DNA of 64,000 nt from Lama glama (GCA_028534125.1 CM052817.1:105278001-105342000), one strand, 5' to 3'; positions 1-13,586 are shown, counted from the stretch's first letter. Notes: generated from the letters alone by a model not told the origin. Made by a program: numbers and translations.

Positions 1-1275
1 TACATCACCCCTGAAACGTGAGCATACATTTTCTTAATTTTTTGAAATCTTATAAATTGCGTTTGTGTCATTAACAAGATCATGGCAAAGGGGAACTGAA
101 TACGTAGCCATGTGTGACTAACAGGTACTATTTTGTCAGTGTTTTCATGTACGTTTGGTTTAAAAGTTCCAAACCTGAGTCAAAGTTTGAAGTATATATT
201 CTTAAGTCAGCCTGGCTTACATCCCCTTCACATACATTTACCAAAGGTAAGTGTAGACGAAGACTCAATAAAAGGCTTTACAGAGCAAAATAAAACATCT
301 CAGTTCATGTCAGGAGGTTGAAACTTATGACTCTCAGGGTGTATTGCTTGTTCTCAGATATTACATTTTCCATCCACACTATTCCTAGAAGCTGATATAT
401 TATTTTTATTCCTAAACCATTCATAGAATATTAAATTAATAATTTGTCTGATGAATAATTAGACATCATTAAAATTCTAGTAATCTTAGAACTCTGCTTG
501 ATCAATTAAGCAGTTTAAATGATGATAACAAAATAAAGCAGGCTTGGAATACATTTACCAGATGATGATGATGTTAATACTTTGGTGGACAGGGTGAAAG
601 GATATTTTAGGAAATGCTGAATTTTAGTGAGAAAATGGGCAGGCTTTCCTTCTTTCAGCAGCTTTCTGTTGGGCTTTCCTGTGTTGAGGAGATGAGGATT
701 AGCAATGGACAAAAAAAGGAGACCAAAATCTCATTTAGGGGTAGACAACAAAGACATAAGTAAGTATATATGTTTCTAGATTGTGTGTTTACTGTGAGTC
801 AGAAATTCACATCACATTCTGAATATCAAACTTGCATATCCTGAGGTGCTCACTAGTGATTAGAGTGAGGAATTTAAAGAAAAAAACAAAAAGCCTTTGA
901 ATAGAGTCAGAAAAGAGCATCATAACAGAATTCTACAGTGTTCAAAGGAAGGAAGTGTCATAGCAGTTGTGCAAATCAGATAAAGTTTCTGAAAGAAATA
1001 GCATTCTGTATACTCTTGAAGAATGGGTAGATTTTTAAAAAGTGAAAAGGCACAATAAACAAATGCATTATCAAATACGTGAACACATTCACTCAGGAAA
1101 TACCTTGAGCAGTTACATTAAAGGCAGCTATCCAAGCCACAGAGAAGAAACATACATATGTCAGGTTTACACTCAGTGAGCTGACATTAGAGTGGGAGAA
1201 GACATGAGTGAATGAATAAATGAATGATTAATATATCTTCAAATTTTAATATATCCTATGAAAAAGTAGCAGTAT

Positions 1276-1823
1276 TGTTACTCCAAAAGGGAAAGGGAAA
1301 AGACCCCAGTTGTTGTCTACCCAAAAGATAAGATTTCAGTTGTGCAACAAAAGATTTTAAAGAATTTATTTAGGAAAGGAAACGTGCACCTCCAAGAACG
1401 GGAGGGGGGCTGATCCAAGGGAGGGAAAGCAGCGGTTTTTGTCTCCCTTTCTCTTATACCCTCACTTAGAGATACAAACAGTCTCTTGATTGATTGACAG
1501 CTCTTGCCCCTGGAGTGCTCAGTCATGTTTGTCCTCTTTGTCCACGTCCTTACCCGTGATGCACACAGGCAAACCCATGGGGGTGGGGAGGGATAAAACA
1601 CAATGTTAATTATAATAAAATGAGCTTTGGATCATGCCCAGTTAAGTCCTTTTCACTATGGAGCAGTTGTGGCTGTCGAGTTTTAACCAGTTTCTTGCTG
1701 GCACTTATTTAGAGGAAGTAAAGCCCCTTTATGCTGGAGGCGGGCATAACGCCATCTCCCCGACCATCCCCCCTCTCTTCCACCTTATCTGCCCTGTGCC
1801 CCCACTTATCTAACTACCTAACA
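1276..1823 (-). mobile_element. Solo LTR, ERV1-like (548 bp)
   Basis: TGTTA...TAACA inverted termini; 4-bp TSD GTAT at 1272-1275 and 1824-1827; on the minus strand TATAA (1454-1458) then AATAAA (1365-1370); homologous copy at 51822-52254. Confidence 0.85.
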
Positions 1824-3220
1824 GTATAAAGGGTAAGAGCTGATAGTGTACAGGGTTGGTAGGCAGAAAAAAGTCCACTCCCTAGGGCTAAATGTTAAAG
1901 TCTCACCCGTAAGGAAATCTGGGGAACAAAACTTGGGTAAAAGAGACATCAAATATGAAGTCATTAAAATGAGTATGAGCATCCTGTGTTCAGAGAACAG
2001 CAAGAATGTTTCAGTGTTTGAAACTCGGTGAAGAAAAGGAGAGAAGTAGCTTCTGACCTTGAAGATGTGTTTGCCTGGGGGTGGGTGGGAGGAACTGTGA
2101 ACAACAGTAAGTAAGCTAGATAATTTTTAAGCAAGGAAGAGAAATAATATTACATAGGTTTTTTAAACAATAATTATAGCTTATGTTAGGAAATGCACTT
2201 TAATGGAGGTAAGAAAGGAAGCAAAGAGTTCAGTTAGGCAACCAGGTACTGGTAGATTATTTATGATATCTAATATAGGTCTCATGGATGACGACAGGTC
2301 TGAATAAGGTGCATAGCAATGACAAATAAACCTACGAAGCTCAGGAAAACCTATGTTGTCCAATTTTAATTGTGTAGGAGCTTAGAGAGTAATTCAGGCA
2401 AATCCAGGAATTTTCACTTAAGTTAGCAGACAATAATAACTCCTTAGGGGTTTTTGTTATTGGTGATGGTGATGGTTTTTTCTTTCTTCTTCTCTTTCTT
2501 CTTCAATACGATAACTCTTGATTCCCCATTCCCCCTCTCGCTCCCCCCACCCCGTAACCCACCCTCAACTTGCACACTGTCACTCCCCTATATGAAAGGT
2601 CACCATTTAGGATGTAGAAAAGTCTAAGATTCCTGAACTCATGGAGTTCAGCACAACTTTCATTAGGTATTGATTCTATACTATGAGCTAAAATTAGAGA
2701 CCTTATAATGAAGTTTTTCATGAAGCTTATAGCGTAGGAAACAGGATACATGCTTACATATGGAATTGCATGTAATATAATAAAGGCAGCAGTTTTGAGG
2801 AAATTGAAGATGCAGTTGACCATAATTTGGGGATGTCTAACTAAGAATGCAGAGAGTGCAATCAGAAATTCTGAAGACAGTGACATGTGAGAACTAAAAC
2901 CTTACAACCACGTTTTGAGCTTCAACGCTGATGGATGGAGGAGTAGCCCAATAAAAAAAGGGACATTAATGGAGAAGATTTCAGTGTGATAGATGTATTC
3001 AATTTGGGATGTGCTGTGTTTTCGATGTCTGTGAATTACTTAATTGCCATTGTTCAGTGAAGCATATGACTCTGAGCCTTGAATAGGGGACACAAATTAT
3101 AGAGGGTTGTGGAAGGTGTTGGGGAGAGTCTAAAGAAAATATGTAGAATAAAAAAGAGAGAAAGGTGGAGAATTCAACCCAGAGAAAGACCTCAGCCCAA
3201 CAGATGAGGGGGAGTCAAAA

Positions 3221-3325
3221 GGATGAAGGAATGAGGAAGGAAGAAAGGAAGACAGGAAGGAAGAAAGGAAGACAAAAGAGAGAAAAAAAGGACAAGAGAA
3301 GAAAAGCAAAGAAAAAGCAAGGACA
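3221..3325. repeat. GA-rich low-complexity tract
   Basis: Nearly pure purine run containing a tandem 20-mer aggaaggaagaaaggaagac. Confidence 0.8.
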
Positions 3326-5109
3326 GTAGACTGAAAATGATCCAGCAGTTTCTTTCAAATAGAGGGTGCAGCTTGCACCTTGGAAATCAAATGAAAAGTG
3401 TGTCTTTCTGCAGAAGTGGGCAATTCTGAGAACTAAGGACAGGAGAAGTGTCCTCAAGATTTATTGAAAAGGGGATCACTTTGATCCTGACCAGAGTCAT
3501 TTCCAAAGAATATTTGAAGCAGATGCTCTAAAGGTCACAGTATTTGGAGGATGAAAAGGAAGAGGAGAAAGCGGGAGTGGGGGGGTAATAATCGGATACA
3601 ACTTTTCAAAGAAACTCTTCTTGTGCCTTTGGACTTCCTTCCATGAACCTTATGTACCCAATGCTTTCCTGGACCAGATTACTTTAGAAACCATAAAACA
3701 AACAGCTCTTTCATCCACCCCCAACTTTTTTCACATTTTCCCTCTGCCTGGAATCCCATTTTCTCTTCTGTAAACCAATCTGTTGTTCCTCCAAATAGAA
3801 GTGCTTGTCCCTGACTCCTGTGATACCTCAGCAAAACAATTTGAAAATACTAGGGGCCATGAAGACACACTATTGGTGGTCAAGTGGAAAGATTTTCTGA
3901 GTTAGGCTTGAACTAATTCTGGTGTATTGCACTTACTTGATCATTAACAACCAGCAGATTAGTTGACTTTTCTCCTCTTCCTCAGCTGTACGTCAGTAGC
4001 AGTGGTAGACTTCAGGTATCATCATGGGTTATAAAAGAGAGAACCATTTGAAGAGGCTAGCAGTGTTTGATACCACATATTTTCTCATGTAATGCCAATT
4101 CCCCTCCCCTGTAAGTTTTCTTAGCACTCAAGGCAAAATTTCTTGGAAACTTTTTAAGTAGTTAGTGTCATCATAACAAGACTGGCACGAGTCTGGGAAG
4201 GAAGCAGGAGGGTTTGATAAAACTAGAGCAGCTGATTGGTTTAACAATGCAAGAAGGCTAATTGCTGAAATTCATCCATTTGGGTGAATCACAAGACTCA
4301 AAGAAACAAGTAATTCATTATCAATTTTAGGTAGATAGTATAGGATACTATGCATTTAAATATCTGCTGCTCAGCTAAGTGGGTGGAGTATGCAGATAGA
4401 GAATACAGCCAGACAGTACTTTGAAATTCAGAGATCAGGAATTTTACACCTGGGGACAAAGGCCATGGAAAGTACCAGCCAATGCTTCGGAATGAATCTT
4501 CAAGGCAGCAATTTACTTCCTAGTAGAAACAGCCGTAAGGCTCGTAATGAACTGGGATGATTCTAGGCACATTATCATATTTCAGGACTTATTCCATTCT
4601 ATCGTGACGCCTTAGATGGGCTGTATTTATGGTATTACATTATCTATCTTTGTCTCTCTCACTCCCAGCATATCTGTTTCAGAGTAGGAACCTGATTTTT
4701 ATGTGTTGAAAGGATATTTAAAGGAACACTTGGAAAGAATCACCAAGGAAGTGGCTTGGCTCTTATTCTGGGCACATGTGGGTAGGAGGAAATGGAATCC
4801 TTAACCGAAAGATAGTCATTACCAAAAAAGTCTAGAACAGAAGCCAAGCAAATAGCTCGAGAGTCGTGTCTATAGGTCAGAAGGATGGAAAATTTAGCAT
4901 GGCTCAGGTCCGCACAGGGGAACCGTATCGCACCAGTCTATGAGGATGAGATTCGTTTTGTTTAATTTCAGATACATGCGGTAAGGCTCTGTCTGAGGCC
5001 ATCAGTGACATCCTTCGTGTAGGAAGATGGAGACGTCTCCTCAGTGTTGACACGTGCTGTAAGAGGTTTATGCATCCGCAACTATTGCAAAATCAACTCC
5101 AGTGCTGAT

Positions 5110-5960
5110 ATTTATCTGTTAGTTGAAGCCATCTATGCTGTGGTAACAGACTAGGGAACTTCAAATCTCAGTGCCCTAAAACAACCAAGTTTCATCTCTT
5201 GCTCATTTTTCACATCCACCATGGTCAGTGCATTCGATGTGCATGGTTCTCCTGAGAAAATGCACCTATAAGATTTAGGTAGATAGATAGTAGATGGAGA
5301 AACAGATGGATAGACAGATAGAAAGGTAGACATTTATTATGAGAGTTGGCTGACACAATGACGGAGACCAAGAAACCCCTTGATGCCTGCCAGCTGATTG
5401 AGCAGGAAGGTTGCTGGTGCAATTCAATGGAGTCCAGAGAAATGGGGGTTTGGGTGGGGCAGAGGCTATGGTGTAAGTCCTGGTTTGAGTTCAGAGGCCC
5501 AAGTACCGCGGTGCCGATGACTGAGGCCAGGAGAAAATAGATGTCCAGTTCAAACGGAGAGTGAATTTGCCCTTCCCCTGCCTTATTGATCTGTTCATAT
5601 CCGCAGTGAATTGGACGGTGCCTCTTCCCACTGGTGAGCGTGATCTTTGCTCAGTCTACCGATTCAGATGCTCATCTGCCCTGGAAATGCCCTCATGGAC
5701 ATACACTCAGATGCCATGTTTTACCAGCTCTCCTGGCATCCCTGGGCCCAGTCTGGTTGACACAGAATTAACCATCACAGTCAGCAGGGGCTTCTTGGCT
5801 CAGGCACGTCCCCCAGGGGTCCAGGGAACTGAGCGGCCAGTCTCTCAGACATTGCCCACTTCTTTGATAGAAAGTAAAGAGCTCACCAGGATCTCACTAA
5901 GTTCTCAGCTCAGAAGTGACACGTGTCACTTGGACCTGTAGCTCTTTGGACGAAAGTGGG
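5110..5960 (-). mobile_element. Old MaLR (MLT1-type) LTR split by an MLT2 insertion
   Basis: tatgctgtggtaaca...aaatctcagtgccctaaaacaaccaagtttcatctcttgctca resembles the MLT1J/K/L terminus and resumes after 5784; subfamily uncertain. Confidence 0.55.
5229..5779 (-). mobile_element. MLT2-type (ERVL) solo LTR
   Basis: TG...CA ends, finishing in gttgacacagaattaaccatcaca (reverse complement of the MLT2 start); perfect 5-bp TSD GTCAG at 5224-5228 and 5780-5784; internal GATA-like repeat typical of MLT2. Confidence 0.85.
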
Positions 5961-8900
5961 CTCGGGGCTCCCTCAATCACTGGCGCCATGGGGTGAGATT
6001 CAAACTCAGTTACAGGAGGCCAGGTGGCGCTGGCTGGGGAGTGCTATTAGTAAATACAAAAGAAGTTAGGTTGTGAGATCTTAACCGGTGCCATAGAATT
6101 GTTTCCAAGTTTCTTTCCTGGCAATGTTTGCTTTTTTTAAGTTCAATCATTTCTATATATTAATCAACAGAAATCAACATTAATGAGTAAGTCTGTAAGA
6201 AAGGTAACATCTACACCGTTGCTTGACCTGTAGCCTGTTTCCTCCCAGACAACGCTAGCACCACTCTTGGGAACAGACTGGGACAGCTGCTTTAGCCTGT
6301 GTGCTCTGGAAGGACCTTCTACACGGGGAAGGCCAAAAAGAACAAGAGAAATCAGTAGCAATTGCTCACTTCACCAAACTCTTCTTTACTTCTCTGTCAA
6401 TTTATCTCTTTGTAGTTGTGACATTTTCCTAATTTTTATTTGTAGTATTTTATATATACTGGTAATATTTTTACATCCATCTTAAATGTATCATATTATG
6501 ATTTAGTTATAGTTATTAATCTACATAGTACTTACTAGATAACATATTAATGTTATGTGTTATATACACACAGGCACTAGACAGACCCAAGTACTTTCCC
6601 ATCTGTTTCCTTGGAGGAACCTCACGTCTAGCAAGTGGCTGTGGTGTTTGGACAGGATGACCTCTCCATCTGGCCCAGTACACGGATTAGTTCCACGTCT
6701 AGTAGTGTATTTCCTTACACATTTCATTGCAGTCTCTGAACGGGAGGCTTCCAGTCATAGACTTGACATCGTATTCTCAATGTTCTGCTCTCAACGCCTG
6801 TGATGTAAAATATGTTACTCTGTGTGCCTCTCTGAAATTTGAAAATACAATATTTTGATACTCCTGAAAGAAAAAAAAACACAATTTAATTAAAATATTG
6901 ATTGATGGCTGCTAACCCAACAGTGACTTATAGATTCTGAGACAATTAAGATATATTTTGAAAATGTTGAAATGTAAGCGTAGTGTTACAGAAGTTTTAT
7001 AAGATCAACTGCCATGCCATATTGTATTTTCATCTATTTGCTTAATACTTTACATCCAGCAATCAACATTAAACATTTCTGTCATAGATCTCTTCATCAT
7101 CATGCACTTAAATAATTGTTTCGATACACAGAACTCGAGTTCACACTGCTGCACTCAGATTCTCATCTGCAATACTAACATTGGCCAATAGATGCCCTAA
7201 GAGGTCTCCTAAACACAGGAACTCCAAAAATTAAAATCATCTATTTGAGCATCAGTAAGTTCTTGTACTTTATTTTCATAGTTCAATGACACTTGTGAAA
7301 TGGCACAAATATTTTTAGAGCCCAAAGACTAAATATTACCAGATTTCAAATTGCCTCCCCTACACTAATTATGAAAATAATAGAAGAAAGAAAAAAATAA
7401 ACTTTCCCAGAATAGATTTTAAAAACTACAATGGAAATAGTGATACAGTTGATCCACTTAAATTGATCATTTCTAATTTCAATAAATGTGACCAATATAG
7501 AGTGTGTAAATAACAGCTCTAAGGTTAATTTAACCAGAGAAGATCAGGTTGAGTCCTGAAGCGTTTGTATTACCTCACGTTTGAATTTTTCTGATTTTAC
7601 TAAAATTTCTATCATTTTCTTAACATAGTTATTATCAGCGTCTTCATCAATCAGGCTCTATTAATGGAAGTTACTTTAATTATAGTTCCCTACTTCTAGA
7701 TCTCTTAACAAGAAAGTTCATTCATACAAAACAAAGATGACTTCGATGCATTTGTTCTATAAAACTGGGAAAATAGAATTAGGTTGTTTTCTCTCTAGTT
7801 TATAAAAAAATTACACAATTATTCCTAGATTTTTTTTTTAACTAAGCCAAAAACTAAATGAGTTTCTCCTAGGCTTATGTCAGCCTCCTAAGAAGCTAAT
7901 TGAAAACGTATAGACACATGGCCATATAAAAACAAATTTTAATTTATTGAGTTACACTTATAAAAATATTTTTGAAATCCATCATTTCATCTGAGACTCC
8001 CGTTTGGAAAACAACCCATTTTGGCACCACCCTTAACAGCCTGAGAATTCTGCGCATGGACATATTGATAGATGACAATATTGACTGAAATCTTATTCCC
8101 ATCACTTTCATTCTAGGTCATACAGAATCCTGTTGACCAAGCTAAAACAAAAAGGAAAAGCAGCTCTGGGGAAAATTCACAGTGTTATCACCTAGAAGTC
8201 AGGGGGAGCATGTCTGTAAAGGAGCTATTAACAGAGGAAGACGAAAGTGCCTGGAAACTTGAACCCTGGAGTAGGTAACAAACCTGAGACAGTGAATATT
8301 CATTTCCCTTGATATGATTTATATAAAAAGCCAGTTTTATTTTTTCCCTTCAATTTAGAAGATAAAATTTAAAAAGCTAAGGATCTGTGTTTATCACAAG
8401 AGAAATATTAGGTTTATAGGCTTTTTCACACTCAGCACCCCTGACCCACACTTTTCCTGTGGTCTTCAGTGGTCTTTTGAATGGCTGTTAGTATTTAATT
8501 CTAAATTCAAACTCAGAATTTTAATTTGATCCCAAATTATTGATGATAATTATTCACAATAACGAACCTTAGATTATTGACCATAATGAACAAATCTATT
8601 CCCTAAGCCCAACCTGTATTGTTCTGCTCACTGCTGTAGGTTTTACCTTTTTAGTTTAGCAGTGTTTCTTGAAATAGGTCCTGTCCTTTTTCTATGTAAT
8701 ATTACCTCAATACAGATTGACATCAACAAATGTCTTAAACCTGTAACTTTTATTCATATTAAACATTCCAGGTTCCTGAAGAATTTGAAAAGTCCACTTG
8801 CACAGTGGGAATTAGAGTTCATAAGTGTATTGATCTAAAAGTTTGAGTGATAAAGAGTCATATAAAAGTTTTAGCATATTATTTCTGAAAAAAAATCTCT

Positions 8901-9097
8901 AATCATTTATGAAATGTACCATTGTGATGGTGAGTGCATGATTAAAATTTAAAAAATAATCTTTCTTGATGTATCTCCCTGTGTGTTAAAGTGAATACTA
9001 GTAAAAAAAAAAAAGTGACTTTTATATTATTCATGATACATGTAAAAATCTCTTCTCCAAAACCAACACAATGCCTGCACTATGATAGTGGAGACAA

Positions 9098-9100
9098 ATA

Positions 9101-9150
<50 letters not shown>
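9098..9150. repeat. (TA)n microsatellite, two interruptions
   Basis: Seen directly. Confidence 0.95.
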
Positions 9151-10863
9151 AACATAATCTCAATGTTCACATATTAAAAAATAAGCTAATATAATCTCAT
9201 GAAATTATGTAGTTGATTGGAAATACCACTTAAGTCAAAAACGTGTGTGTGTAACTGAACAGTGTTCTTTAGTCTAGACCTTTATGTATTAGTACTGAAG
9301 TTTTGATTCTTATATGTATCCTAAATCTTATGTCTATATCTTAAAGAAAACATCTGAAAATCCTCTTCAGCGCATAATTTCCCTCTCACACCTTCCTCAC
9401 AAAGTGCATTTAAAATCAGCAATCTGGGTTAGTTAAGAAATTTATATATAAATGCATTGTATCAATATTCCATCCATAACACAGTGTTGTATTTAAATAT
9501 CCTATAACACAAGACACATCAGTAAAGAATGTTTTATTGAACTAAAAAACATTTTTTTTTGAAATTGATAAACAGTAGAGAGAAAGATCATGAAGGAACA
9601 GGAGTTAGACGGGGGAAACAAACAAAATAAAAGAAGTAAGGAAGGAAAACAAAAGAGGAAGTTGGAAAAGGAAAATATACTTTCAAGTGTCACAAATTCA
9701 AATAATATTGTAAAACACTGCATATTTAACACTTGGAATTGCATCCAAAGGCGGAGAAGAAAGGTTTAAATTAAATTTCAGAAATTGTTTTTCCATGAGA
9801 ACTAATTGTTCAATGCGCCATCCCACTTTTTAAACCACACGTCTGTACCTATCAGGAGAAAACACCATCGTACAGAAGCCCGCACTGCAGGAGGTTCGAG
9901 GTCTCTAACAGAGACACGTTGTGCTTAGTTGTAATCTCACCACTCTCTTTAATGAAGGAAGGTTTGGCCATTATGGTGGTGATTTTTCCTGGCCCTGCCT
10001 TATTTCACTTCCCTCCAAATTGAAAGTACAAATTACCTAGCCCAAAGTGGTGAACCTTTGCTTTTCAAAATAGGCATGTTCCTAACTTTCAGCCAACCTT
10101 CTTAGAATTGATCCAAAGAGAAAAAATGAACAACTCATACAGTGTTATTTTCTTTAGAGTGTTTATAATTCTAATGGACTACAAATACATTAGTATAATT
10201 ATCATTTGAAAAGGCGCTTGTAAAATTTGATGACGCGACAGGAGCCCGAAAATAGAGAACTGAAAAGCAATGTGATTAAAAGGTAAATCTTTCATACAAG
10301 TATAGATGTGCACTCACAAGACAACAACACAGCGCACTTTATAATGTCTGTCTATTACATTTTAATATGCTCTTGTAAATTACCTGAATTAAAACCCTTC
10401 AGTACATGTTGGTTATTCAGCCTTAAAAATATTTTCCTTGAGTATCCTTACTTAATATTTCAGTCATCTTTCTAGTGACATTTACGACTAAAAAGCCATC
10501 CAGTCCCTCCCTGCATGCCTGGCATCTTACTGTTGTTCTACAGTTACTTTCAATATCCTACACAGTAATTACACGTGTGACTATGTGGGAATATTGTAAT
10601 ATTGCTTATGCAAAAATACGTGACTACTTTAATAGACCCACTCGGTCCTCTTTGAGTTTCATTCTGAGTAGGTAAAATGCACTCTCTGACCTCTTAACTC
10701 ATCCCTGGTTCTAGTCACTCTGCCCTTTCCACGTCTCCCAAACTAACTACTCTAAGGTACCATTTTCACAGTCTTAACAACAGATGCCAATTTTTCCCAC
10801 CTAAGGGGAAAGCTCTTAAGACATCAAATTCCAATATAAAAATTTCTAAAGTTTTTGAATTCT

Positions 10864-10991
10864 TGTTTTAATATAATTGTATTGAAGTGTAGTCAGTTGA
10901 CAATGCTGTGTCAGTTTCTGGTGTACAGCACAACGCTTCAATCCTACATGAACATACGTATATTCGTTTTCATACTCTTTTTCACCACAAG
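10864..10991 (-). mobile_element. Short 5'-truncated L1 3' end
   Basis: attgaagtgtagtcagttgacaatgctgtgtcagtttctggtgtacagc matches the other L1 termini in this window; 10-bp TSD TTTGAATTCT at 10854-10863 and 10992-11001. Confidence 0.8.
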
Positions 10992-11760
10992 TTTGAATTC
11001 TAATGTAGACTCACAAGATGGCAGGTACGTAACGGACTTTAGTGACAACTTAGTACAAGATCCACATTTTACGAATGATGAGAGTGATGAGAGAATAATT
11101 TGCTTTTGGTTACATAGCCAATTAGCAGAGAACAAAACCTAGACTCCCCTAGGAAGGTGCTGTCTTCCCATTACTTTTCTGTATGCATGCATCTCCATGC
11201 ATGTATGCCCAAATTGTTCTATTTTGTTTTCTTTTTTTCTTTTTTCTTTTCTTCCTTCTTTTGTCCTCTCTCTTTTAGAGACAATGAGAAATTATTCTGC
11301 TTTTTCTTTCCATACTTGAGACACGGTTTTGTTTTCCAGTTTCATTCCCTTAGGCTTTTGAATAATATTATGCCTGCCTTAATTGAATTCATAACCCCCG
11401 ACAGTATGATCACTGGAGTGAAGTGAGAGATAGTGTCTATTAAACAACATGACCACAGGCTTTGGTGGAATCATGTAAGAATTTTTATAATGTACTCTCT
11501 ATGTTTCTATAGTGAACTTTTCGGTCTTCACTGACATTTTGGCAGGTTGGTATGAAGCAGACCAAAATATGTCATGTGACATTTCCAAAGAAACAAAACA
11601 CATGTGCTTTGATCAGCCTAAAAACAAGATTATTCCGCTGACTCCGTTTTAATTGCAATTGCGGAATGACCATCTGCTCCCACATGTCATTGTTCACGCC
11701 CTCCTCTGGTGTCAGAAACCATTATTAAAAGCACTTTGGGACTGAGGGACTTTTAGAACG

Positions 11761-11784
11761 TGTGTGTGTGTGTGTGTGTGTGTG
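11761..11784. repeat. (TG)12 microsatellite
   Basis: Seen directly. Confidence 0.95.
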
Positions 11785-13485
11785 GATGTAGTAAGCAGTG
11801 CAGAAAGGCGTGACATGCCATTTATATATTTACATAAAATCAAGAGTGGTCAGAAGGAGATTCAACATTGCAGATTACCTGGAATGCAAGCATTATGGTC
11901 TAGATGTGTCAGAGAGATAATCCTAGGAAACTGTTTGGGAAAGAAACTGACATATTTGGGAATAAAACTGAAAAGAAAGGTTCATGTGGATGCAAATTAG
12001 TAAAAAGAAAGCCCTCAGAAGCAAAAATACTGTATTTTTGCCTTCAATTTTGCTCTTGTGTAAGTAACTACTAAGAAGGAATTGGATATATATGTGCACA
12101 AAATAAGTATGCTTCTTCAAATAATTTCTGAAACATGGCAGAAAAATCAAATTTATGAATTATTTTTCCAGATAGGATTATAAACAAGTGAATTCATTTC
12201 ACCAGAGTCCCTGAAAACACTCATGAGTAAACTCAACCCAAAATTATTTTAAACTTCAGGACTATGATGACATGTATCAGTATGTGTGCATTTTGATGGT
12301 AAACAACGTGTTGAATGCTATGAGATTTCTTGAATAAACGACGTTTTCATGAAAAATAATGTATCAAGCTTAAGACGGTTTAGGCTGGACTCGCCATGTC
12401 TTTGTACAACTATATCCTGATGGCTAGTGGCTGTTGGGGGGGAATGCGGATAGAATGTGAATAATGACCCTGTAGGATGATTGATCATTTCAGTTCACTG
12501 GAAGTGTTTACAAGTTTAAGCAGTCAGGAATCTGGCATCGCAGCCCCCTTCATCCTGCCATCAAGAACCTTAGATAGAGCCTCATGGGGACAAGAAACAT
12601 CACATACACTGAGAGAATTGCTAAAGGTTCTGAAATGCTTCCAGCATACCCCATCTTTCATAAAAAAATTTATATATTGGACATAATAAATACGGCATAA
12701 CCTTCAGAATGTTGGCAGTGGAAGTTGGATTTGAAAACTCTCACTTTTTTTTTCTTTAATTTAATGATGTGTTTAACCCTGGAACCTCCAAATCCATTTA
12801 ACTTGATAACGTATTTGAATCTTGAGAATGAGAGGGAGGATTCCGCAGATTTTATGGGAACACACGAAGTCTGATACGTGCTATGCAGCACTCATTATAA
12901 AAAAGAAAGAAAAAAAGAAAAAACATTCATTCTGTTTACGAAAGATAAGTATTGCAAGCTTTCACATTTTCTCCCAGTGCTCAAAGCTTTTTTTTTTTTT
13001 TTCTTCCCCTCCAGAACAAGTTTCTGCTGCAGCGACTCCCTCTAGCAGCTCCGTGAACCGCGGAAAGGGAACGGAACATCAAAACACGTCCTTTCCAGTA
13101 AACAAATGGCCGGGAGAAGGAGGGAAGTTTGGCCAGGAAGATCAGACAGATTTTTTGGTTTGTTTTTCTTGGAGTGGTTGCACGGACCCCTTCTGTCCCC
13201 CATCCCTGTCCCGCTCCACCGGCCCCCAGCCTGCCCTCTGTGCCCCGCGGCCCCCTCCGCCCGTCTCCCTGAGGAGCGGCCAGCTGAGGTCTCCGGAGCG
13301 CGCAGAGCGGCGTCCCAGCGAAAGCGAAGCTCCGCTCAGCTTCTTCAGGGCGGGCGGTGATGGATCGTGACGTCCAGCGATGCCCACGCCGACCCTAAGC
13401 CCGGACTCGGCCGCCTGCGCTGCCCCAGCCGACCCCGGCAGGAGCCGCGTCCAGGGGGCGGCCCGCGCCTCCCGGGGGGAGCCGT

Positions 13486-13586
13486 ATGCAAAATCGTTAC
13501 GTCAGGCGGCGGGGCGGGGCGAGCCCGGGGTGAGTGGCAGCCGCCCCTGCTCGGGGAGGAGGCGCGAGAAATCAGCCTGGTTCAGT
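13486..13586 (+). promoter_or_regulatory. TATA-less core promoter motif cluster
   Basis: Octamer-like ATGCAAAAT (13486-13494), CRE/ATF-like TTACGTCA (13497-13504), perfect GC box GGGGCGGGGC (13511-13520), Inr-like TTCAGT (13581-13586); another CRE-like TGACGTCC at 13368-13375. Confidence 0.6.

Larger units (their letters stand above)
1085..3610 (-). mobile_element. Fragmented ancient L2 LINE (pieces at ~1085-1271, ~1828-2420, ~2960-3610), interrupted by a solo LTR
   Basis: Sequence resembles the reverse complement of an L2 3' end (cattcactcaggaaataccttgagc...ctgacattagagtgggagaagac) followed by purine-rich L2-like body; heavily diverged, boundaries approximate. Confidence 0.5.

Noticed and set aside
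6017..6032. CTCF-like CCAGGTGGCGCTG (a similar one lies near 13448-13462)
   Set aside because: The conserved CC at the 5' end of the motif is missing; too weak without ChIP data
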